A DNA stretch of 61,995 nucleotides, the filler included, from Kipferlia bialata (Eukaryota): the NCBI GenBank assembly GCA_003568945.1. It is 5 parts of 5 records of this genome, joined end to end, with 100 filler letters (N's around TTAATTAATTAA, not from the genome) between each part and the next. Parts side by side here need not be neighbours in the genome. Positions count along the whole stretch, not along the records: positions 14,388 to 28,650 come from BDIP01000842.1; 4 more parts are not named here. One strand, 5' to 3'. The notes under the pieces are model-generated. The model made no database searches, was not told where the DNA came from, and saw nothing but the letters and a program-made list of their open reading frames with translations. A program made the position numbers and the translations under genes. Position 1 is the stretch's first letter; the number at the start of each line of letters is the position of its first letter. Shown piece by piece: positions 14,458-24,541 of the stretch.

Positions 14458-17400
14458 GACGAGGCCATTGCCTGGGTAGCTGAGTCAGAGTGGAGCCGCA
14501 TGGGTGACCTCTGTGAGGACCCGTGTCTCTTTGATGACTCAATCAGCCCAGAGGACATCAACCAGGTGTGTATGTATAATTATATATGTATATATACACT
14601 GTGATCAAAGGACATCAGCCGATGTGTATACAGATATATATATATATATATAGTGGTCAGTCAATACCTCCCTGGTAGTATGTCTGTCATGGCTCGTAAT
14701 CTCTCTCTCTCTCCCTCTCTCTGCCCCCCCCCCCACACACACACACCCAGGGCGGCATTGGTAACTGCTGGATGTGTGGCCAGGTGTCAGGGCTGGCCAC
14801 CCAGAACGGCAGACACGTCAGGTGGGGGGTATACATATATACTATTATATATAGTGTTTACCGGTATCGTCACTCACTCCAGGGGAGCCATCTACCCCCC
14901 TCACATCAACCCCTCTGGCATCTATGGGGTGAGGGTCTTCAGGAGAGGCAAGGTATGGGGAGTGTAGTGTATATATCCGAAGGAGATGAGAGAGTAGAGT
15001 CCCCCTTCATATCCCCCAGTGGTATCAGTCTGTGCATATGTATCACTTACCCCCAGGTACATGATCATTGGATATATTCATATGTCTATATATTTATATA
15101 TATACAGTGGTGTCAGTATCTATCTATGTATCTATTCTACCCCCAGTGGTACATGATCATTGTAGATGACCACATCCCCTGCCAGGGTCAGAGTGTCACA
15201 TCGGTCAAGTCCAAGAACAGGAATGAGTGGTGGGGGTACGCGGTATCTGTATATGGACATCCAAATAGCAATATGCACTTATCCCATTTTGTCTCTGATG
15301 TCCTCACCTATCCCATTGTCTATTCCCATTCATGTCTATGTATGTATCTCCTCTGACCCCATGTCCCTCCTGGAGAAGGCCCTGGCCAAGGTCTCTGGGT
15401 CCTACCAGGACCTCAGCGCTGGGATGGGTATCGGGTTGGAGCCGGTACAGGTGTTCACAGGTTAGGATAGTTGGGTAGGAGGCAGTGGTATACCCCATCT
15501 GTCCATTTACCATCTGTCTCTCACTGTCTAGGCTGTAACCTGTACATACACTGTTCCAACGATGCTGAGAACATATGGACATGGCTCAAGAGGTAGGGTA
15601 TATATGGAGTATGGGTATATATACTTATAGATATATATGGACATGACGCAAGGGGCAGGGCATGCTTAATGTATGGGTATATGCATTTATAGATAGCTAA
15701 ATATGCATGTGCGTATACATGTGACCCCAGGCTGTTCGATGCGGGTGTCATTGTGTCTGCTGGGACACAGGATGCCCAGACAGAGCAGACAGGCCTGGTG
15801 CAGGGACATGCCTACACAGTGCTGGGGGTGTACGAGAACACCGACCTCGACCTCAGGTGGGTGTTTCATACACATATCACATCTGCGCTCTTTGGACATT
15901 GACACCCCTCCCCTCACCCCCCAGGCTCGTGAAGATGAGGAACACTTGGGGGGCAGGAGGAGAGGTATGGGTATCTCATAGAGCGCCGAACACCCATTAT
16001 CCAGTCTCTACACCTATATATACTTATATGGACATACCTTCTCACCCCCAGTGGAAGGGTGACTTCAGTGACTCATGTCCCATGTGGCAGCAGTTCCCAC
16101 AGCTCGTAGAGGAGACAGGTGGGAGGGAGTAACTGTACTAGGACTTAGGTTGACCAGTCATCATAACCTATATAAATATATAGTTCCTACCCTAACCCAG
16201 GTGTCGAGCTGCACAGGGGTGACTCCGATGGCATATTCTACATGCCAGTAGAGGCATTCACCACACACTTCAAGGTGTGTATATACATGTGTGTCTGAGT
16301 GAGACAGAACTACTACTTGGTGTATGTGTGTATACATTTGATGAGTTACAAATACCAACCCCCCAGGGCTTCCGTGCCTTCCCGACCTGTGCGTGGCCCC
16401 CAGCTGGGGAGGACATACCCGCCTCCCTGACCAAGCCCATGCCCCAGGACTACTGCTACAGCAACGACTACAAGATACACACGGGCACAGAAGGTGGGGG
16501 TAAATGGGTATATTCTTCAAACACCATGGGAGTTAACCTGGTATATATTCGTGTGCATGTATACCCCCTCCCCTGTTCCCTACCCCTCAGGCTATGAGGT
16601 GACCACCTCCGTCGCTGTCCCCGTACCTGGTCCGAGACCTGGCCAGAAGACCACTGTGTACCACGCCTACAACCAGCCGCAGTACATGTTTGATGTCACA
16701 AAGGAGCAGGACATCAGAATCAGGGTGCAGGGTGAGAAGGGCAGCGAGGGGGGGTATCCCTCTCTCCACATTGTGCAGGTGCCAAATGATGGGTCGGCAC
16801 TCACATACAGGTACGTGTATATGTATATATAGTGTATCGCTTTGGTATGTCCTGACCCTCAGGGCCATGCGCCGTATGGATCTGGTTGATAGGGGCGAGA
16901 CTGACGGCTCCTCGAGTGTGCCCCACCACATCGGGTACTCCATGCTGACCAGCTGGATGGAGCGGCACCTGTCCATAGGCAGGTATGTCCTGGCACTGAG
17001 GCAGGGCAAGACAGACGGGTCGGCACTCACGTTGCAGGTATGTGCTGGGATGTTAATATACACGTTATATAGGTGATATACATATGTGACTACCCCCCCT
17101 TACCCCCAGTGCAAGGCCGCCACCTCGCTCTCCTTCGTCCCCCTCCCCTCTGGGTCCATGGCATGCTGTGCGGCACAGACTAAGGGAGGGGAAGTGGGGG
17201 GGTTCGCCAACCCCCAGTACTCCTTTGTAGTTGATGGGCAGGAGACGCAGAAGGTAAGTATTGGGAGACATCTTCGTATATAGTGGCTTCCCATTGTCAC
17301 GCTGACCCAGATCACAGTCGACCTCGAGTTCCCCTCTGCCGTGTATGGGGACGGGGGCGACTGCGGCTTCTACCTGGTCAAGAGACCCACCCACAAGAGA

Positions 17401-17601
17401 CTGGAGGACGCACCCGAGGGGGACGGGTTCTTTGAGGATGCCCAGGCGGACATGCCTGGGTATGTGAAGGGGGTGTGGGACCTCGAGCCTGGCATCTACG
17501 TCATAGTGCCCTGGAGGACGGAGGGGAAGGCGGAGTCCTACACGATCACAGTCGGGACATCAGCTGCTACTCTCAGCACCAAGGTGTACGGGCTGGGATA
17601 G
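14458..17601 (+). CDS. Calpain-family cysteine protease (CysPc + tandem calpain domain III-like regions), 5' truncated
   Basis: Spliced motifs DINQGGIGNCW, IVDDHIP, LLEKALAKVSGSY, GLVQGHAYTV, LVKMRNTWG, WKGDFSD; C-terminal NQPQY and GGFANPQY...LEPGIYVIVP; stop at 17599-17601. Confidence 0.93.
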
Positions 17602-17869
17602 AGTGATACCTGGGGACCGAGGGGATAGTCAGTGAGGGGCTCTGAATGGCTGTGTATGATATGAGTGAGTCGCGAGATTAGAAATGACTCCTTGTAGAGT
17701 AGAGCAAGAGTAACTGTATGATTATGTATTGGTGGCTAGAACTATTAACGGGTACAAGTAATTGATTCATGGAGAGTATGCAGTTCAGTCACAGGTTGCT
17801 GAAATGTCTCCATTGATCTATTCTGATTCTTATTCTGATTCTACACGACTTCACACACTATACCCCCTC

Positions 17870-19474
17870 TCACTCCCCCTCCACCCTGAATATGGCTGCC
17901 TTGACCGTCTGTATCATGGCCCCTGTGTTATGATACCGCACACTCTGGTGCTCAATGCCTGGTGTGGGGTGGGGTGGGGGTGATGGTGAGTGTGACACAG
18001 TACAATGGAGGAGACCAACGGTACTCTCATTCAACCACTATATATATACCCCTACCTGAGAACGCCACGTGTGTGTGTCCAAAGTACACGTCTGTTATGG
18101 CGCCAAAGTCACATGCCGCAGGGTGGGCCTCGGAGTGCAGGGAGAGGCGGGTCCCCATCCTCTTGGAGACCCTCCTGTTGGGCCAGATGACACGGACCTG
18201 GGGGTGGGGTATGCGGCACTTATGCGGCAATGGTGTACTTCTCTTCATAATAGAAGTCTATATATATACATAGAGAGACAGAGAGACTGAGTCCCGTACC
18301 GCTGGTAGCACTCTAACAGATACCAGTGCCTGGTAACCGAGGGAGGCTAGCCTACCCTTGACCTGATGGGTAGAGAGAGAGAGAGGGTGGGGAAGAGACA
18401 CTGTATGCTAACCCTGCCCACCTTGATGTCTGAGTCTGGCTTCAACTGGCGCTTGAAGGAGTGGGACCCCCTCTTCCTGCATGGTTAGAGGACTCACTCA
18501 CACCCATATAAATAGAGAGCCATCTGTGATTGACTGACACGCTAGTCCAACCCCCTCGGCATTCCCTACCTGCTGAGTGGCAGGTCCCCATGGACAAAGA
18601 GGGCTGTGCCTATAACCACATGGGTGCTATGCCAGTGGAAGTTGGGCACAGCGCCCTGGACAGTGAGGGGAGGAGAAAGCGGAGCGAAGAACGAAATGTA
18701 TCCTCATTCTTACTTATACTGAAGTGTGCATATGTGGGTGTGTTTGATACCCCCCACCTCGAGTGTGGCCAGCTTGGCTGCAAAGCCCTCCACTCCATCG
18801 TGGTTGCCCAGCACATAGTGGAACTGGGGTGGGTGGGGATACGGTACAATAGAGAGAACAGTCATTGCTACACATAATGACACTATACCATATCAAGCAT
18901 ACTGTCATGTCCATATGTACATTCATATAGTAAAAAACTCCTAATGTACCTGACAGTGTGCGTGTGCCTCACATAGCTCAGTCAGCCATGCAACTGCAGA
19001 CTCCATGGTGATCTGAGGGGTGAGAAATATACAATAGTAGAGAAGAGACATAGATAGCGTACACAGAGAATGACATAGGAAGGGGAGGGGAGAGAGAGAG
19101 AGTCACCACACCTCTAAGGATGCCTGGGCCCACTTGAAGTCGAATATGTCTCCGTTGAGGACAAAGAAGGCAGACCGGGCAGCATGTCTAGGTGAGAAAG
19201 AGAGAGGCATATACAGTATTGGAACATAGAGAGAGCAACACAGGAAGACAAGACCTTCTCTTGTCTCTAAGAACAATCCTGGTGTAGATGGGGAATACAC
19301 ATACATATACATTTACATATGCATGTATTCACTGGTCATGCACCTGTGTATGGCCCGGGTGTGCTCTGGGAGGGATGACCGCTGGGCAAACATGTGGATG
19401 TCAGAGATCACAGCCCCTCCCGTGGGAGCTTTCCGTTCGCCACCTTGATCCTCATCCTGCAGGGTCTCTTGCAT
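17870..19474 (-). CDS. Calcineurin-like metallophosphoesterase, LpxH/YbbF-like; about 9 exons
   Basis: All five motifs in order across exons: ISDIH, LNGDIFDF, YVLGNHD, FVHGD, VYFGHTH, then YHNTG. Confidence 0.88.
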
Positions 19475-19623
19475 ACCCTGACAGGAAGAAACAGTTGTCA
19501 AAATGATACTCAGCCCAACTAAAAACTTTCGGTCTGAGGCAACAAAAGGGTTGACACGTTATCACCGACCGAAAGAGCAAGCTCTCTATACCTCTTGTAC
19601 CACTTCCTGAGGGCCACACCGTC

Positions 19624-19981
19624 ATGCGTCACCTGTTACTGTTCTTCATCGCAGTATCTGCTCTGGCCCTATGTGTCCGGGGTGCCCCCTCCCCCCTCTC
19701 TGGGGGTGCTGTGTCCACTATGACCATGCAGGATAACCTGGGGGAGTACGTGACTGGGTCATCATGATTGTCTCCCCATCTTAGTACCCCCACTCCCTAC
19801 CCATTTCTCATCAAGGTCGAATTCTTGTCACACTTTCTTCTCCATTATCATTCAATAATAATTAGTTTCTTTCTCTCTCCTACCTTCTCTCGTTTATGCA
19901 GCCCACATACTCTTCTTGACATAAGGATCATTGATACTTAGGTCATAGAAACAGTACAAATGTATGCTGTCTCCCTTCTTA

Positions 19982-20063
<82 letters not shown>

Positions 20064-22033
20064 ATTTGCTTCAGTATGTTCCCTTTACCATGATTGAATG
20101 CATCCTTGCATTTCTCACCCTTCAGATGGGATACCCTATTGTGCTGCCCAAGGATGGGGGCGCCCTATGATTATATTACATTACATTGTATTATACTCAT
20201 ATACTGATTTCTTACATATTAACTATATATTATGGAATACATCCTTCCTTATCTCACCCCCAGATGGGATACCCTATTGTGCTGCCCAAGGATGGGGGCA
20301 CCCTATGATTCTATATTACAATGTATTATACTCATATACTGATTTCTTACATAATAATTATATATGATGGAATATACCCTTCCTTATCTCATCCTTCAGA
20401 TGGGATACCCTATAGTGATGCCTAAGGATGGGGGCACCCTCCGCATAGGGGCCTTGGTCAGTGTGATCGGGGGTAAGTATAGTACATACAGTGTACTTCA
20501 TTAATACCTTCGTATACGTGACAACTATCTCCTAGTTATATATATGAGATAGATAGATATATGTATGTGTCCTCCGGATAGGGGCAGTGGTCAGTGTGGT
20601 CGTGGGTATATATATTCTATATATACGATAATTGGCTTTCTATCTATATATCTGGTTAAGAAGTTATACCAGTTGTTGATTTATACACATCACTCCGTAT
20701 AGGGGCAGTGGTCAGTGTGGTAGGGGGGGGGGGGTTCTATATATGCATTAGAGTACTAAATACTATTAATAAATATTTAGTTGTGAGGGTATAACAGGTA
20801 TTGAATTATACACCTTGATCCGGAGAGGAGCCATAGTCAGTGTTGTCGTTGGTATGTAATTCATTAGTGCATAACACAGTTGTATATATATAGTTGCAAG
20901 AGGAGGTTGGGATGGAACGTATGGGCAATAGTCTTCTTTTTCTACATGAAATAGGTTTGATTCTTAAACAATAGTGAATTGTACATATTGCTCTAAGCAG
21001 TGTAGATCTATACTTATGCGTCACATCATTGTGCTACATATTCTATGCATCAGATAATGTCTCATGTGTGAGGCTACACTGGATACGATATGGGGGTATC
21101 AGTATCAGTATCCAATGTACGGTATATACTACTATGTATGCTATATATATACTATATACTACTATATATACTATATATATATACTATACATACATAATTT
21201 ATATATAAGTATATATATGTACTATATATATACTATAAATTGTAGTATCTCATGTATCAGGTTATACTGGATACGACATGGGAGAGCTGGTTGGGGCAGA
21301 CATGGCTCAACAGGGCTATGTATTGGTCAAGGTATCCTTATATATAGAATTATAACTACATATATATATATATATATATATACTGACTCTGTCTTGGTCA
21401 AGGTATCCTTCAACACACACATATATACATAGAAGTATGACTATATATTTTGTATATGGTATATATAGGTATGTATGTGTATATATAACATGTATATAGA
21501 ATATATTGACTACACCTCAGTGCTTCCTCTACAAACACAGTTCAATTTCGAGAAGACGCTCTCTCATCACAAGTGGGATACACATGAAATTTTATTAGTA
21601 TTGTTTCAAGACGATTGACTCTCATTCCTAGTGGGATCACAACGGTTCCACATCGGGTATGAATGCCACCGAGCTAGAGTATGTCTACCCTCTGACAGAG
21701 GAGACAGCCTGGATGGAGGAAGAGGAGAGAGGAAGACTAGAGAGAGAGAGGCAGAATCAGTTGGCCGCTGAGTGGAAGAACCAGGAGAAAGAGAGGAGGA
21801 GTGAGGAGGTTGCTAAGTGGGAGAGAGAGGAGAGAGAGAGACGGGCTAAGGGGGTTGCTGAGTGGGAGAGAGAGGAGAGAGAGAGACGGATTGATGAGAT
21901 TGCTCAATGGGAGAGAGCGGAGAGAGAGAGACGGGCTAAGGTGGTTGCTAAGTGGGAGAGAGAGGAGAGAGAGAGACGGGATAAGGTGGTTGCTGAGTGG
22001 GACAGAGAGGACCGGGATGGACACAAGCATTAG
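19624..22033 (+). CDS. Predicted secreted protein with C-terminal 14-aa Trp/Glu/Arg repeats
   Basis: Exon 1 MRHLLLFFIAVSALALCVRG (signal-peptide-like); internal exons MGYPIVMPKDGGTLRIGALVSVIG, GYTGYDMGELVGADMAQQGYVLVK; last exon with VAKWEREERERR repeats. Joins between exon 1 and 20400 unresolved. Confidence 0.6.
21790..22015 (+). repeat. Coding 42-nt tandem repeat (about 5 units)
   Basis: Units such as gttgctaagtgggagagagaggagagagagagacgg encoding (V/I)A(K/E/Q)WEREERERRxxx. Confidence 0.85.
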
Positions 22034-22989
22034 CATGTGAGACTCAAATGAGTGCTGTTTCATGTACTGTGCTGCGGTGAAAACGGTTGATTAGCCTGAG
22101 CCTACTAGAGAAGCATAGTGCATGTGTATGTAATAGAGCGGCCCTTAAAGGTAGGCTCGTCTTCGGAGTATTGTTGTGATTATAGAGATGACTATAGAAT
22201 AGTGATATTCATTAGTGTTTCCTCATTATTACAGGCTCAATGGTCGATCTCACGAATTCACTTCTCACGGACAACGTTGAATATCGTACGTTACTGTCGC
22301 CAGAGGTTCTATGTTGTATGTGGGTATGGAATATGCCTTACAGATGGTATCATAATGATGTGCCAGAAACTCAATATTGGGCTCCACTGTGGACTCCATG
22401 AGGAGACTTGTCATACTGGCGCGGACGCGTCACCCCTAGTCTGGACAGAATAGTCATACAATACACTATAGTGCGGCGTCTGCGAAGGGAGCGCTCTCAG
22501 TGCCCCGATCTCTGGTCCTACTTCCTGAGTGAGATACTCTGATACCCACCCTCTCCCTTCTGTCTATGTCCCAATGTAGAAGGCGCCCCCACCCCATCTC
22601 CCCATTGGGGTAGAGCAAGGCGTCGTTGATTTTTTGATTTATATTTTGTGTTATTTTGTGGAGAGAGAGCAGGTGTAGTATCTCCTATCCTCTTGGCGTC
22701 TTTCTCTCTCTCTGTGTGTGTCTCAGGCTGAGACTCTTTTCAGTGTGTGTTGTGGGGAGAGACGGCGCTTAAACCCCAGCATGGATCTGTAATCGATTGT
22801 CGCAGACTGGTTCCAAGGTCTCTCCAGGGGCATACACCAAGCAATTGAGGAATATTATTATGTATTAGTATATACTATATTGTTCGATATTCAGCGTTTG
22901 AGTTGAACTGACATGATGGTGACACACTATTACAAGAGACATACCTCCACGGCGTCTCAGAGACTTTTGCCAAATCCCCACTGATGGTG

Positions 22990-23660
22990 TCATAGATCCA
23001 AACACACCCAGTGGTAAAGACAACTAGAATCCGACCAAATCCCTGTTGTTTGCTTGCAGTTATTCATATTGTCAAGAGAGTATTCTAGTTGATAATCATT
23101 TGGTCGGATATCAACTAAACCATATAATGTGCGTTGCTGTGGTTCTCTTAAGTTCAGAGTCTTAACAATACCTGTATATATCCCTGTCACTTGACCCAAC
23201 TGTGGGGGAGGTGTCGGTTTCTCCAGCCAACCCTGATCAGGGGTGTATGTGTGGTGCTTGGACGCCATGCAGAATGCATGCATGACTCCATACACGACCG
23301 CGCACACAGAGATGTGCGGTGCTTGTCGAGGGTCGAGGTTGAGGGTGCCCTTATCGATGTCGTGGAGGTAGTTTGCACCTCCATTGAACCCAAAGTGATG
23401 ACCCACAAGACTGTCCGAAAGCACACATGATACTCCATAGTCAGATAGATATCTACGCGACATCCCACATACGTACTCGTGGATACTGTCACCCATAGAG
23501 TGTGTAAACTGAGCCGTTGAAGGCTCATACATTAACACAAAGCGTTCTTCAGTAGCAATGTCGAACTCATGCAGACATAGAACCTGGTCTCTTCTCTCAG
23601 TGCTAAAAGCCAACACCTTCCCCCCCACATTGACAAGAGAGAGCCTTCCACTCAGACCGA
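22990..23660 (-). pseudogene. Degenerate beta-propeller/Kelch-like ORF, possibly a pseudogene
   Basis: 212-aa ORF without ATG start; SLVNVGGKVLAF and CAVVYGVMHAF...HHTYTPDQGW resemble Kelch-like blades; no clean upstream exon. Confidence 0.3.
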
Positions 23661-24317
23661 TGTCTTTATGTTCATTTGTTCTATTTCATTCTATTTTATT
23701 CTATTCTACTCTATTATCTTTATCTTTATCTCTATCTTTACCAGACTGCACACAGAATGTGATACAACTGCGCCATGGCTGTTCAGACATAGTGGGAAGT
23801 AGTACGAGGTTTCAGGGTGGTCTCTGTTGCACATGCCGTTACACACCAGCAGGCATGACTGTGAACCAGTGGTAACCATTTGAACAGGAAATACCTTACC
23901 GAGACCTTGGCAAGGTATGCTGACGTCCTGCACAGTAATGGCATCAATCAGGTGTGTGTGTGCCTCATCGTAGGAGTAAACGCTATCCCTGTCTCCATTG
24001 TTTGAAACAACTTTCGCCAAAACGCCAATTAATCTAGTGTAGTATCATATATACTATTAGACATATTATATATGATAAATACCAGTGTCTCAAACTGGTA
24101 TCTCAAGTGAGGGACTTTGTGGTGCCAAGGTGCAGACAGACACATCTCTATACTCTAACCAATCTATTCTGTTCCCATCTCTTTAGACTCCAGATTAGAC
24201 AGGTATCTCCAATGTAGGGAACAGGATTGTCCTTGTTGGCCCAAGGGTGCAGACAGACAGACAGAAGTATGATACTTCTATTACTCTTCTTCATCATCTA
24301 TTCTCTGTTAACTCCCT

Positions 24318-24504
24318 TCAGACCGGAATCTCCAACGTGGGAAAGAGGATTGTCTTTGTAGTCCCAAGGGGTGCAGAGAGACTCCTGGTGCTACGCTTCA
24401 TTCTGAAAGGGGTGTAGAGAGAGACCAGCCACTCGCCCTGGCCAGAGACTAGGGAGGAGCCTAAGTGTAAGGGAAAGAATGTATCTATCTATCTATACAT
24501 ATAA

Positions 24505-24541
<37 letters not shown>

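Noticed and set aside
22530..22790. Possible LTR primer-binding site (ctctgataccca) and U2-like gtgtagtatc
   Set aside because: Imperfect match to TGGTATCAGAGC, no paired LTR or pol ORF; the U2 5' stem and flanking sequence are absent.
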